Assembly (NCBI GenBank): GCA_964472305.1
Contig: CAYYJR010000011.1
Span: forward strand, 547 to 64,546
DNA length: 64,000 bases
Reading direction: 5' to 3'
Origin: an uncultured bacterium
GTDB taxonomy: Bacteria; Armatimonadota; Hebobacteria; CAIYQO01
Shown here: positions 28,784 through 39,110 of the stretch, in pieces
Layout of the letters: the number at the start of each line of letters is the position of its first letter
Position numbering within the stretch: position 1 is the stretch's first letter
Program-made: the position numbers and the translations under genes
The notes under the pieces: generated by a model
What the model was told of the DNA's origin: nothing
What the model saw: only the letters and a program-made list of their open reading frames with translations
Databases searched by the model: none

Positions 28784-30283
28784 TCACGCCGCTTCCGCGA
28801 TTGATTGGCCGCCCAGGGTAGGATTGATTTCCAGCCAATGGCCAAGGGCAAGGTTGTAATGGAGGATGCGGTCGTTATTGGTATCAGCGATGAAGAGCTC
28901 CTCTCCTGCGATGGAAAGACCGCCGGGTTCATAGAGCGCGGGCTTGCCATCCTGCCGCAGGCCGGGACGACCGGTACCGACAGCGGTGACGATCTCGCGC
29001 GAGGCCAGATCGATGCGCTTGATTTTATGGTTGTAGGTGTCGGCCACGTAAACGTATTGTCCCTGAGCGGAGATCCCGAGAGGATGCTGCAACAGTGCAT
29101 GCCCGATCGAGCCGTCCTGATCGCCGAAGGTGAATAATCCCTGCCCGACCAGTGTACTGACCAATCCTTGTGCCGCATCGTATTCGCGCACCGCGCTGGT
29201 TTCCGAATCGGCAAAGAACAACAACTCCCCGGCAGCGGATAGCCCGGATGGCTGTGCCAGCACCGCACGCCGCGCGACATTGTCGGCGATATCCTCCCGT
29301 CCGGTGCCCGCCACCACTTCCGCGATTTCCGTCTGCGGATCATAGGCCCAGATCTGGTGCAGTCCCGCCATGGCGATATACAGCTTGCCGTTGAGGAAGG
29401 CCACGTCCCACGGTGAGTTCAGCAACTGGTCGCGGCCGCGATGCCCGCCGCGCCGGTCGTAACCGATAATGCCGTTGCCAAGGGCGGTATGCACGTGAAA
29501 GCTGGTCAGATCGACTTGCCGCACCATGTGGTTATCGGTATCGGCGATATACAGGTTGTTGCCGAACAGCGCCATCCCCTGCGGATTGCGGAACCGCGCG
29601 TCGCTATACATGCCGTCCACCTGCCCGGGCATGCCGCTGCCCAGAAAGCCGATAATCTCGCCACGCCAGTCGGTGATCAGCACGCGGTGATGGCCGGAAT
29701 CGGCGATGAACAGCCGCCCACCCGCGCGGTCGGCCAGCACTTTGCCGGGAAACAGTAATCCGCTGCGCGAGGGTGGGCGCTGTTCAGGTTTCAACGTGAT
29801 GGGGCCGTCGGCTAACAGTTCCCGGTCGCGCCCGATGTCGAGCAATCCGGCGATCAACCGGTCTAGCTCCTCCCGATGGCCTTCCCCGCTGAACATGGCG
29901 ATGAGATAGCCATTGGGATCGATTACCGCCAGCGTCGGCCAGGCATTCACCGCGTAGGCATCCCAGATGGCGTGTGCCTGATCGACGACTACCGGGTGGG
30001 TGACGCCCAGGCGCAGGATGGCCTGGCGGATATTCTCCGGGTACGCCTCGGTCGTATATTTATTGCTGTGTACGCCGATGAAGACTACCGGGTCGTGGGC
30101 GTATTTGTGCTCCAGATAAGCCAGGTCGGGGATCACGTGCAAACAGTTGATGCAACAGTATGTCCAGAAGTCGAGTACCGTCACCCGCCCGCGCAGTTCC
30201 CCGCTGAACGCCAGCGGGTGATCGACGTTGAACCACGTATAGCCGGCGGGAATTTCCGGCGCCCGCGTCGGCGGCAGATCCAT
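28784..30283 (-). CDS. Thioredoxin-like (redoxin, CxxC) domain fused to an NHL-repeat beta-propeller (NHLRC2-like)
   Basis: N-terminal redoxin fold with VTVLDFWTYCCINCLHVIPDL. At least five NHL-like repeats follow (GRLFIADSGHHRVLITD; NNLYIADTDNHMVRQVD; GKLYIAMAGLHQIWAYD; QYVYVADTYNHKIKRID; EELFIADTNNDRILHYN). Confidence 0.7.
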   Translation of the reverse strand: MDLPPTRAPEIPAGYTWFNVDHPLAFSGELRGRVTVLDFWTYCCINCLHVIPDLAYLEHKYAHDPVVFIGVHSNKYTTEAYPENIRQAILRLGVTHPVVVDQAHAIWDAYAVNAWPTLAVIDPNGYLIAMFSGEGHREELDRLIAGLLDIGRDRELLADGPITLKPEQRPPSRSGLLFPGKVLADRAGGRLFIADSGHHRVLITDWRGEIIGFLGSGMPGQVDGMYSDARFRNPQGMALFGNNLYIADTDNHMVRQVDLTSFHVHTALGNGIIGYDRRGGHRGRDQLLNSPWDVAFLNGKLYIAMAGLHQIWAYDPQTEIAEVVAGTGREDIADNVARRAVLAQPSGLSAAGELLFFADSETSAVREYDAAQGLVSTLVGQGLFTFGDQDGSIGHALLQHPLGISAQGQYVYVADTYNHKIKRIDLASREIVTAVGTGRPGLRQDGKPALYEPGGLSIAGEELFIADTNNDRILHYNLALGHWLEINPTLGGQSIAEAA

Positions 30284-30431
30284 GGCAGCCTCCCTGTGAT
30301 ACAGCTTCAGGTTGGTCTGCCCGGCATGCGGAACAGGTAAACATCAGACGGTGCCAATTGTTTGAACCGTGATGTGCGGGAGTATGGGATGCCTATGATG
30401 TCTGGATCTCTGGGTATTATGATCACTCGGT

Positions 30432-31778
30432 TCAGACAAGCGTATTCGCCGCGGCATCCGGCAGGTAGGCGCCTTCGTCGAGCAGTCGGCGGCAGAGGCG
30501 CAGCGTGTCGACGGCGTGCACGTCGGCGTCGCCGGCGGCGGCGAGGGCGGCGGCAAGGCCAGCGGCTTCACCCATGGCCAGGCAGACGGGCATCACGCGT
30601 ATGGACCCCTGCACGGGACGATCGCAGGAGATGGCGCGCCCCGCCGTCAATACGTTGCGCAGATTTTTCGGGATCAGGCAGCGATACGGAATGCCGTGCG
30701 ATTCGCCGGGATGATAGTTCTCGTAGCGTTCCATCACATTCAGTTGCCCCTGGCGCGATTGCGCGATTTCGTGCTTGGCGGTGTGGATGTCGATCGGATA
30801 CGCGTTACGGCAAATTTCATCGGGAAAGCCGCGGCGGGCAACGTAATCTTCGATGGTGAGCACATAGTCACCGAGGATGCGGCGCGTTTCGCGAATGCCC
30901 ATCAGCGCGCCGGTATTGGCGAGGAAGGCGTTGGCGAACGCGGGGTGGTATTCGCGCAGCGCCGCACAAAACTCCGCCGCGAGCTGGCGCCCCGCGATGA
31001 GCGCGGCGGAAACGCTGTGCGGATCGGTGTTGTCGATGTCCCACAAGTGACCGGCGTTGAAGCCGACGGCGCCCGGCCCGACCAGGTTGTTACACAGGTG
31101 CATGTCCGGGATACGCGGGTAGCGGCCGGAATCGAGAATTTGTTTGAGGATGGCCGGATGCAGGCGTGGACCGTGGAGATAGGCGTAGGTATCTACATTG
31201 GCGAGTACAAAACAATGCGTGGCTGGTTGCAGTTCGCCGGTGGCATCGTCGCCTTTCTGGAAATCAGCGCCTGCCCACGCGGCCAGGTCGCCGTCACCGG
31301 TGCAATCGACGTAAATGGGAGCGCGGTACGCCGCCAGGCCGTCTTTATTGCCGAGGATAAGGGCGGATACGCCGTTTTCATCGGTCTCGACGCTGCAGAG
31401 TTGTGTATTGAAGAGCACCGTGGCGCCTGCGCCGGTCACCAGCGCATCATAAATACGTTTCAAGGCTTCGGCATCGATCGGCACCCAATCCCGCGCCTCG
31501 CTGTTGACATGCGCCATGGCCTGCTTCGTCGCGCGGAAGACCTGCTCCGCCAGGCCGCGGTAGATAACGCGCTCTTTATCGGAAAACGGGCACCAGGCGG
31601 GCACCAGTCCCACGGTGCCCATGCCGCCCAGGCAACCGGTAGCCTCCACCAGCAGTGTGCGCGCTCCTTCGCGCGCCGCCGCTGTTGCCGCCGTGCAACC
31701 CGCCGGTCCTCCGCCGACCACGACCACATCCCAACCATCATGCAGTGGAAGCGACTGTGTAAAGCGATAACTGGACAT
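30432..31778 (-). CDS. FAD-dependent oxidoreductase (FAD_oxidored/GlcD-like family)
   Basis: Start at M42 behind RBS GGAGAT. Dinucleotide-binding motif WDVVVVGGGPAGCTAATAAAREGARTLLVE. 449 aa. The long antisense ORF (30516-31952) is a high-GC artefact. Confidence 0.65.
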   Translation of the reverse strand: MSSYRFTQSLPLHDGWDVVVVGGGPAGCTAATAAAREGARTLLVEATGCLGGMGTVGLVPAWCPFSDKERVIYRGLAEQVFRATKQAMAHVNSEARDWVPIDAEALKRIYDALVTGAGATVLFNTQLCSVETDENGVSALILGNKDGLAAYRAPIYVDCTGDGDLAAWAGADFQKGDDATGELQPATHCFVLANVDTYAYLHGPRLHPAILKQILDSGRYPRIPDMHLCNNLVGPGAVGFNAGHLWDIDNTDPHSVSAALIAGRQLAAEFCAALREYHPAFANAFLANTGALMGIRETRRILGDYVLTIEDYVARRGFPDEICRNAYPIDIHTAKHEIAQSRQGQLNVMERYENYHPGESHGIPYRCLIPKNLRNVLTAGRAISCDRPVQGSIRVMPVCLAMGEAAGLAAALAAAGDADVHAVDTLRLCRRLLDEGAYLPDAAANTLV

Positions 31779-31920
31779 AAGAAATCTCCGTTGGCGAATT
31801 GTCCGGTGGCTAAAACGGTTAGCCATGACTTCCTCAACCATCGTGTGGGGCGCTATCCGTCGCGTAAAATCGTCGTGAGTTCTGACAGAGCAGACCAGCA
31901 CAACACCATACGAAATCGAT

Positions 31921-33489
31921 TCAGTCCACTCGATAATGCGCGCCCATGCTGATCGGATTGCGCAGGGCAGCGTCGGTGATGAGCAGTGCGACTTCGATGG
32001 CGTTGCGCAGGCCGATGAGCTGGTCGGAAAGCTTGGTTTCGCGATAGAACTGTTCGATGCGGTGTTCCAGGTAGCTCAGGTCGGCGCGGGCGCGGACCAG
32101 ACGCTTGGTCGTGCGCACGATGCCGGCGTAATTCCACATGGTGGTACGGATGGTCATCCAGTCCTGCACGATGAGCGCCGGGTCGATGCTCTCCGTCAGG
32201 TCGGCGTCATGCCATTCGGCGACGTGGTCGAAGCGCGTTTCTGTTTCGGCACGGGCGGCGCGGGCAGCGTCCTCCCCCGCTTTCACTCCCCATGTCAGCG
32301 CTTCCAGCAGCGAGGTGCTGGCCAGCCGGTTGGCGCCGTGTACGCCGGTGCAGGAGGTTTCGCCTACGGCGTAGAGATTCGGCAGCGACGAGCGGCCCAG
32401 CAGGTCCGCCTTGATACCGCCCATGAAGAAGTGCGCAGCCGGCACGACCGGAATCGGATCGCGGGTGATGTCCACGCCGTAATTCAGCAGCGTGTGGTAG
32501 ATGGTGGGGAAGCGTTTGGTGACGTCTACCTCGATCTCCGAAAGATCGAGCAGCATGTATTCCGAACCTTCCTTCAGCATTTCTTCCCAGATCGAGCGGG
32601 CAACCACGTCGCGCGGGGCCAGTTCAGCGAGCGGGTGGTAATGCGCCATGAAGCGCTCGCCTTTCCGGTTGCGCAGCACCGCGCCTTCGCCGCGCACCGC
32701 CTCGGAGATGAGGAAGCGGTCGGCGTCGCGGTGATAAAACGCGGTAGGATGGAACTGCACGAATTCGGCGTTGATGATCTCCGCCTGAGCGCGGTGCGCC
32801 ATGGCCAGACCATCACCGCGCGCACCATGCGGGTTGGTGGAGTGCAGATAAATCTGTCCCAGCCCACCGGTGGCCAGGATCGTCTTGCGCGCCAGCACTT
32901 TGCGCACTCCCCCGGTGCCCTGGTCCAGCAGATAGGCCCCCAGGCACACCACCGGCTCGTAAATGGCCAGCGGGTCGAGGGAATGGTGCGGCAAACTGAT
33001 AAGGTCGACGGCGGTGTGGCCGTGCCAGATTTCGATGTTTGGGTGGGCGCGCACGCCGGCGGCAAATCCCTCCGCCATGGCGCGCCCGGTGGCATCAGCA
33101 GCGTAAAGAATGCGGCGGGTGGAATGCGCGGCTTCCTGGGTGTATTCCAGCTCCTCGCCTTTGCGCGAAAAGTTCACACCCAGGCGGTTCACCAGCATTT
33201 GATACACCAGCGGAGGGCCGTCCTCCGCCAATTGCCGCACCGCGGGTGGCCAACACAAACCATTGCCGGCGGCGACCACGTCCTTCGCCAACAATGCCGG
33301 CGAATCGTCGCCACCGCGCGCGATGATGCCGCCTTGCGCATACGCGGTGTTCGAATCGGTGATGCTGGCGCCTTTGCAAACGAGCAACACCCGCGCGCCC
33401 AGATCGGCAGCCTGCAATGCCGCCGCGCACCCTGCCGCGCCGGTTCCGAGAATTAATACGTCATAAATCGGTGAATCCATCATCGCCAT
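31921..33489 (-). CDS. nadB: L-aspartate oxidase (NadB; SdhA/FrdA-like flavoprotein)
   Basis: YDVLILGTGAAGCAAALQAADLGARVLLVCKG (FAD), HFFMGGI, RANRLASTSLLEALTWG. About 523 aa, which fits NadB rather than SdhA. Start chosen at M35. Confidence 0.6.
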   Translation of the reverse strand: MAMMDSPIYDVLILGTGAAGCAAALQAADLGARVLLVCKGASITDSNTAYAQGGIIARGGDDSPALLAKDVVAAGNGLCWPPAVRQLAEDGPPLVYQMLVNRLGVNFSRKGEELEYTQEAAHSTRRILYAADATGRAMAEGFAAGVRAHPNIEIWHGHTAVDLISLPHHSLDPLAIYEPVVCLGAYLLDQGTGGVRKVLARKTILATGGLGQIYLHSTNPHGARGDGLAMAHRAQAEIINAEFVQFHPTAFYHRDADRFLISEAVRGEGAVLRNRKGERFMAHYHPLAELAPRDVVARSIWEEMLKEGSEYMLLDLSEIEVDVTKRFPTIYHTLLNYGVDITRDPIPVVPAAHFFMGGIKADLLGRSSLPNLYAVGETSCTGVHGANRLASTSLLEALTWGVKAGEDAARAARAETETRFDHVAEWHDADLTESIDPALIVQDWMTIRTTMWNYAGIVRTTKRLVRARADLSYLEHRIEQFYRETKLSDQLIGLRNAIEVALLITDAALRNPISMGAHYRVD

Positions 33490-33920
33490 AACTTCGTCTC
33501 GCGTCACAGTATAGCATGCCGTGTGCGAAGGGAAAATCTTGTGAACGCTTTCACGAACCCACACTCGTTTCCGCGTGCATGCGCTGTGCATGGCATATGC
33601 GCTGTGGTACCCCGGTCACAGCGTTTTATTATACAACATCGGCACGTCGAACGGATGCACCTGCAGGACGATCATTACGCGCTTCTCGGACGAACACTGA
33701 TGCGTTGAGCCATTCTACCAGATAGACTCCACCTTGTGGACGATGTTGGCGGGTGGTGAAGAAGACGCCGTGCTGTTCCGGCAGCGAGTGCAAGCCGGTT
33801 GTGCCGTCAACACAACCATTCGATCTCATCCGAGGCGATGCCAAGGAGTATCAGTCGATATCGATTGCCCCGGCAGTCGGTGAAATTCGGTAAGAACACG
33901 TGCAGGAATACGAACATGAC

Positions 33921-33958
33921 AAAAGGGCAAGACCGCGTCTTACCGCAATCTCGCCCTT
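33921..33958 (-). terminator. Intrinsic terminator downstream of the DRE-TIM aldolase gene
   Basis: On the minus strand, AAGGGCGAGA...TCTTGCCCTT is an imperfect 10-bp stem followed by TTTTG. Confidence 0.5.
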
Positions 33959-33980
33959 CATCCTGTTTCCGGAAACGCGC

Positions 33981-34973
33981 CTATTCCTTTTCCATCATCA
34001 GATCGTAGAACAGCACGTAATCGTCCGACGCGTGGCTGGAGCGCAGTTTGATGGCCATGCGCGGATGCTGGTTGAGCTGGCCAGTGATCATGTAGGGGAT
34101 GGAATAGCCCCAATCGAGCTGCTTGCGCAGGGGCAGAAAATGCTCCTGAATGCATTCCAGCACCGGGCGCAGGTGGAATTTCGGATTCTTCAGGAAGCCG
34201 ATCAGCAGTTCCAGCGGGCAGTTGCCGGCGCCGCGGCCAAGGCCGTTGATGGTGGCGTCCAGACGGCTGGCGCCGACGATGAGTGACTCGATGGTATTGG
34301 CATAGGCGAGTTGTTGGTTGTTATGGGTATGGATGCCCACCTCTTTCCCGGTGCCTTCCAGCGCTTTGAGAAAGATCAGCGTCATGTCACGAATCTGCTC
34401 GGGGTAGAGCGAGCCGAAACTGTCGACCAGATAGAGCACGTCAACCTTGCTTTGTGCCAGCACCGCCAGCGCGTCTTCCAACTCGCGATCCTGTACGGTG
34501 GAGACGGCCATCAGGTTCAGCGTGGTTTCGTAGCCTTTGTCGTGCGCGTCCGCGATCATGTCGATGGCGGTAGGAATCTGGTGAATGTATGCGGCGACGC
34601 GGATACAGTCGAGTACGCTCTGTTCCTTTGGCAGGATATCGGTGTGGTAATCCGTGCGCTCGGCGTCGGCCATGGCGCACAGCTTCAGCGGAGTCGGATT
34701 GTCGCCCACCAGCCGGCGCAGGTCGTCTTCGTCGCAGAATTTCCATGTGCCGTGATTCTTGCCGGCAAACTGTGTCTTCGACGCCTTGTAGCCCACTTCC
34801 ATATAGTCCACGCCGGCGGCGACGCAGGCATGATACACGGCGCTGACAAATTGATCTTCGAACTGGTGATCGTTAATCAAGCCGCCATCGCGAATGGTGC
34901 AGTCCAGCACCTTGATCTCAGGTCGGTACGTAATCAGTGTGCCTTTGGCGTGTTCGTCTTTGTAATGAGTCAT
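33981..34973 (-). CDS. DRE-TIM metallolyase (HMGL-like / pyruvate carboxyltransferase domain) aldolase
   Basis: KVLDCTIRDGG (the DRE motif region), HTHNNQQLAYANTIESL, INGLGRGAGNCPLELL. 330 aa, in the size range of 4-hydroxy-2-oxovalerate aldolase-like enzymes. Confidence 0.6.
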   Translation of the reverse strand: MTHYKDEHAKGTLITYRPEIKVLDCTIRDGGLINDHQFEDQFVSAVYHACVAAGVDYMEVGYKASKTQFAGKNHGTWKFCDEDDLRRLVGDNPTPLKLCAMADAERTDYHTDILPKEQSVLDCIRVAAYIHQIPTAIDMIADAHDKGYETTLNLMAVSTVQDRELEDALAVLAQSKVDVLYLVDSFGSLYPEQIRDMTLIFLKALEGTGKEVGIHTHNNQQLAYANTIESLIVGASRLDATINGLGRGAGNCPLELLIGFLKNPKFHLRPVLECIQEHFLPLRKQLDWGYSIPYMITGQLNQHPRMAIKLRSSHASDDYVLFYDLMMEKE

Positions 34974-35032
34974 GAACCTAATCCTTATTTATTAACGCTG
35001 GGCTCTAATACTTACAAATTCATCGGTTTTTG

Positions 35033-36859
35033 TCAATGGTTTGCCGGTGGCGGAGGGCATGGGGATGCGTCGTCGACCAGGTCCACCGGTATCCACCCGC
35101 GCACGGAATTGATGAGATAGATTGCCTCAGCGCCGGTCAGGTCCTCGCAAGTGATGACGGCCTCGCGCAGGCGACCGCGGGCCAGCAGTTCCGCGCGGAA
35201 GACGCCGGCCAGCAGACCGCAAGCGACGGGCGGGGTGAGCAGCGTGCCGTCACGGCGGATGACCACGTTGGCCAGCGTCGCCTCGGTCACCTCGCCGCGA
35301 GTGTTCCACAGGATGATGTCGTCGCAGTCCGGGCACGCCGCGCGCGCCGACTCGTATACCGCGCGCTGCGTGGTTTTATGATAGAGGAAGCGGTTGTCAA
35401 TTTCTACCGGCGTCGTCGCCAGCGCCACCCGCCACCGGCGGCGTGGAGTGGAACGCTCCAGCGGATAGGCTTCGACCATGATCTCGCCGTCTTCGGCGAC
35501 CAGCAGGCGCACCCGGCGACGGCCGGCGCCGAATTCGGCTGCGGTCGCGTCAAGACGGGCTGTCACGAGCGCGAGATCAAGCGGGTAGTTGAAATACCGC
35601 GCGGCGTCCGCCAGCCGCGCCAGGTGGCGGTCGCGCAGATAATAGCCGGCGTCCGGCTTCCATAACAGCGTCTCCAGCAGGCAGAACGCCGGGCGGTCGG
35701 AAAACAGCACCAATGCTTTGGTGCGGCATTCCTCATATTCATCCTCGGCGCGCGAATCCCATACAATGCCGCCGCCGGTGCCGTACTCCGCCCATCCGGT
35801 GCCGCGGTCCACATGCACGGTACGAATGGCGACATTAAACTGCGCCCGCCGTCCCGGCGCGATCCATCCGATGCTGCCGGTGTAAATGCCGCGCGGCGCG
35901 GTTTCCAATTCGGCGATAATCTCCATAGTGCGCACTTTCGGCGCGCCGGTGATGGAGGCGCAGGGGAAGAGCGCGCGCAAGATTTCTTGCAGCGGCACGC
36001 GCGTTTCCGCCTGCACGGTTGAGGTCATCTGTAACAGGGTTGCGTAGCGTTCCACCGCAAACAGCGTGGGCACCCGCACGCTGCTGGCGCGGGCAATGCG
36101 TCCCAGGTCGTTGCGCATCATATCGACGATCATCACGTTTTCCGCGCGATTCTTCATCGAGTAATGCAATGCCCGCGCCTGTGCTTCGTCGTCCTGCCAG
36201 GTCAGACCGCGCGGCGCGGTACCCTTCATCGGACGGCAGGTGATCTTCTTGCCCGCCAGGCGGAAGAACAGTTCGGGTGATGCGGAACAGAGCGCATGGT
36301 CGCCCAGGTCCAGATAAGCCCCGTACGGCACGCGCTGCGCCCTGCATAATGCGGAGAATAGCGTCCACGGGTGCGCCTGCACGGCCGCGCGCAACCGCAG
36401 TGTATAGTTTACCTGGTACGTGTCGCCGGCGGCGATGTAGTCTTTGATGCGTGCGATGGCCCGGCGGTAGGCTGTGCGTGTGACAGACGGGGACCATGCC
36501 GGGATGGGGCATGCCTCAATCCATGGCGGGCGGCGCAGCATGCTGACATCGCGGTACAGTCCGAAGTGGAGCAGCGGCAAGGGACCGGGTGGGCGGACGA
36601 CGAAGGCGTCATCGAAGGCCGGTGCGGCCTCATAACTCAGGAATCCCACTGCGTGCAACCCGTGTGCCGTTGCGGCATCCACTTCGTCCAACGCGGCGGT
36701 CACTTCGTCGAGGCGAGACGTTCGCACCTGACCGACCGGGTCGGCGAAGTGCCACCAGGCATCGTCGCAGTGCAGCAAGGCGCTGCCGGGTGCGGGTGCA
36801 AGGTCGTCCGTGGTGGCGGTCATGCGTGCGTCGGAGATGATGCGAGCCATTGTTGCCAC
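35033..36859 (-). CDS. pabB: Bifunctional aminodeoxychorismate synthase component I / aminodeoxychorismate lyase (PabB-PabC fusion)
   Basis: N-terminal chorismate-binding domain (ASPELFFRL, PMKGT, NRAENVMIVDMMRNDLGRI, SITGAPKVRTMEII, GIYTGSIGW). C-terminal class-IV aminotransferase-like domain (FCLLETLLW..., YHKTTQR, ILWNTRGEVTEATLANVV). Confidence 0.75.
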   Translation of the reverse strand: MATMARIISDARMTATTDDLAPAPGSALLHCDDAWWHFADPVGQVRTSRLDEVTAALDEVDAATAHGLHAVGFLSYEAAPAFDDAFVVRPPGPLPLLHFGLYRDVSMLRRPPWIEACPIPAWSPSVTRTAYRRAIARIKDYIAAGDTYQVNYTLRLRAAVQAHPWTLFSALCRAQRVPYGAYLDLGDHALCSASPELFFRLAGKKITCRPMKGTAPRGLTWQDDEAQARALHYSMKNRAENVMIVDMMRNDLGRIARASSVRVPTLFAVERYATLLQMTSTVQAETRVPLQEILRALFPCASITGAPKVRTMEIIAELETAPRGIYTGSIGWIAPGRRAQFNVAIRTVHVDRGTGWAEYGTGGGIVWDSRAEDEYEECRTKALVLFSDRPAFCLLETLLWKPDAGYYLRDRHLARLADAARYFNYPLDLALVTARLDATAAEFGAGRRRVRLLVAEDGEIMVEAYPLERSTPRRRWRVALATTPVEIDNRFLYHKTTQRAVYESARAACPDCDDIILWNTRGEVTEATLANVVIRRDGTLLTPPVACGLLAGVFRAELLARGRLREAVITCEDLTGAEAIYLINSVRGWIPVDLVDDASPCPPPPANH

Positions 36860-36863
36860 AGTG

Positions 36864-37814
36864 TTACGCCTCGTCGCCGCCTAATTCCTGCAATGCCAGG
36901 CGAATTTTATCCGCGACGGGGTGATGGGGGTGATGCCGCAGGAAACGGCGGTAGATGGCGCGCGCTTCGGGGCTGCGTCGCTCACGCAGGCGAATATTGC
37001 CCAGATTGGCCAGCGCGGTAGGCTCGTCGGGCCACAGCGTGAGGATGCGCAGAAAATGTCCGGCGGCGCGTTCCAGGTCGTCATGGCGCGCCGCGTCGAT
37101 GCCCGCGTCGGTCTCCAGCGCCAGATATTCCTCGCTCAGTCCCGGGTCATGCGACGCCAGCGCCAGCGCCTGTTGCATGATCGCCGCCGCCGCTTCCCAC
37201 TCACCCAGCCGCGCCAGCGCCAGCGCCAGGTTGCGGTGCGCCTGCGGATGGCGGGGAAGGTCGGTGATAGCGCGGCGATACAGGTCGCGCGCGGCGGCAA
37301 AGTCACCCGCCTGCATGGCGCGATTGCCCGCCAGCACCAGGGCGTGCGGCGCAGTGCTGCTGTGCGGGGTGGCGGCGACACGATCCAACAGCGCGACGAA
37401 GCTCGTAGTATTCAGTAGCGGGGTGATGGCGCCGTCAGGCGCCCGCAATTCCGCTTGCGCCGCGAAGTGGCCTTCCGTGTTCCAGTGCAGCGTCACGCGC
37501 AGGTCGGCCCGTTCGCGCACTTGCCACACCCGTGCCCACACGGCGACCACCGTCTTCCCCGCCAGCGCCGGAGCGCCCGGCCAGGCGATCTCCGGCGCCA
37601 GCGAGGAGAGCAATGCGGGCAGATCATCGGCGACACCCGGTTGGATGCGCAGGGTTGATGGCGCGCTGTTGGCGAGGTGCCACAGGACTGCCCGTCCTCC
37701 GGCGTCAGTGGGATCGGCTATCTGGCGCAATTCCGCCTCGCGGTCGCGGTCGAGGCCCGCCAGTGCATGCATCCAGCGCGTTGTTTCGAGACCGGCGCGC
37801 GATGGAACGGACAT
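36864..37814 (-). CDS. TPR-repeat protein
   Basis: The C-terminal half carries TPR repeats (ARDLYRRAITDLPRHPQAHRNLALALARLGEWEAAAAIMQQALAL...). Start MSVPSRAG behind RBS AAAGGAA. Sits between pabBC and an epimerase gene. Confidence 0.6.
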   Translation of the reverse strand: MSVPSRAGLETTRWMHALAGLDRDREAELRQIADPTDAGGRAVLWHLANSAPSTLRIQPGVADDLPALLSSLAPEIAWPGAPALAGKTVVAVWARVWQVRERADLRVTLHWNTEGHFAAQAELRAPDGAITPLLNTTSFVALLDRVAATPHSSTAPHALVLAGNRAMQAGDFAAARDLYRRAITDLPRHPQAHRNLALALARLGEWEAAAAIMQQALALASHDPGLSEEYLALETDAGIDAARHDDLERAAGHFLRILTLWPDEPTALANLGNIRLRERRSPEARAIYRRFLRHHPHHPVADKIRLALQELGGDEA

Positions 37815-37913
37815 CACGGTTTCCTTTCGAGAACAGCAGACACCATGCCGAGCGGGACCTGATGGTGTCATGGTGGTCTGAACCGTCGGTTTTCGAGTGA
37901 TTCTGCCCCGGAA

Positions 37914-38942
37914 TCACTGTGGCACCCGGCGTAAAGTGTCATCCAGTGCGTGATCGCGCAACAGCGCGGTCATCCACGCCAGCCGGGTGAAGCGCGATTG
38001 CAGGGCGTCGAGTGTCGGCGTGGTTTCCTGAAAGCGCTGATAAAGCTCGAGCGCGCCACGTCGCGCATCCCAGCGCGGGGTGAACGCGGGAAAGGTGCGC
38101 GCGAACTTGCTGAAATCGACCCGGTAGTTGCGCGGGTCGGGGCTGCCCGTGCCCGCATACGCGACGGTGCAATCGGGCACCGTGTCGCGCACGATTGCCG
38201 CCAGGTCACGCACCCGGTAATTCTCCGTGTTCGCCCCCACGTTGAATGCCTGATTATGGATAGTGTCGCGCGGTGCCTCCAGCACGGTCAGGAAAGCGGC
38301 GGAGATATCCTCCACGTGCGCCAGCGGTCGCCAGGGTGTGCCGTCACTCATGATGCGCACACAACGGGTAGTATACGCCCAACCCATCAGGTTATTCAAG
38401 ACAAGATCCGCGCGCAGCCGCGGCGAAGCGCCGTAGACGGTCGCGTTGCGCAGGAAGACCGGGCTGAACGTTTCGCCAGCCAGCGACGCTAGCCCAACCT
38501 CGGCACGCAGTTTCGACGCGGCATATGGCGTCAGTGGACAGAGCGGCGCCGTTTCCGTCAGCAGCGCTTCGCCCGCCGCACCATACAGGCTGCAGGAGGA
38601 CGAATAGAGGAAACGTCGGACCCCGGCCTCCCGCGCGCAACGGGCCAGGTGCACGGTGCCGTCATGATTGATTTGATGGGTCCATGCTTCGCGCAGATCG
38701 CCCAGCGGATCGTTGGAGAGCGCCGCCAGGTGGATGACCGCGTCGAATCCTTCCAGCAGGTGTGGAGTCACGTCGCGGATGTCGCGGCATACCGCCGGCG
38801 GTGGCAGGGCTTCCTTCGTGCCCAGCGTACAGGGGGCAAAGAAGAACGTATCCAGCCCGCAGACAGTATGGCCGGCTGCCTGCAACAGCGGCGTCATCAC
38901 CGATCCGATATACCCGTTGTGTCCCGTCAGCAATATCCGCAT
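37914..38942 (-). CDS. NAD-dependent epimerase/dehydratase family protein
   Basis: MRILLTGHNGYIGSVMTPLL (a GxxGxxG Rossmann motif) and the SDR catalytic YAASK (TPYAASKLRAE). RBS GGGAGGAAG. Start taken at M39 of the ORF. Confidence 0.75.
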   Translation of the reverse strand: MRILLTGHNGYIGSVMTPLLQAAGHTVCGLDTFFFAPCTLGTKEALPPPAVCRDIRDVTPHLLEGFDAVIHLAALSNDPLGDLREAWTHQINHDGTVHLARCAREAGVRRFLYSSSCSLYGAAGEALLTETAPLCPLTPYAASKLRAEVGLASLAGETFSPVFLRNATVYGASPRLRADLVLNNLMGWAYTTRCVRIMSDGTPWRPLAHVEDISAAFLTVLEAPRDTIHNQAFNVGANTENYRVRDLAAIVRDTVPDCTVAYAGTGSPDPRNYRVDFSKFARTFPAFTPRWDARRGALELYQRFQETTPTLDALQSRFTRLAWMTALLRDHALDDTLRRVPQ

Positions 38943-39110
38943 GCATTGCTTCCTCCCTGTCAATGGTAGCGTTCCTCGCACGCGGGTCAAGCGCGCGATG
39001 TGCTGTATTGCCGCCATCGGATGCCGCGAAAGGGTGCGTTGTGCGCCGGTGGCCACATGACGCCCGCGGACATTTCGTTATGCTGGGCGTCGGAGTGAGG
39101 GAGGGAGAGG

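Noticed and set aside
30516-33456. Long plus-strand ORFs (478 aa, 506 aa) antisense to the FAD oxidoreductase and nadB
   Set aside because: They overlap strongly supported minus-strand genes with clear FAD-binding motifs. The antisense translations are low-complexity.
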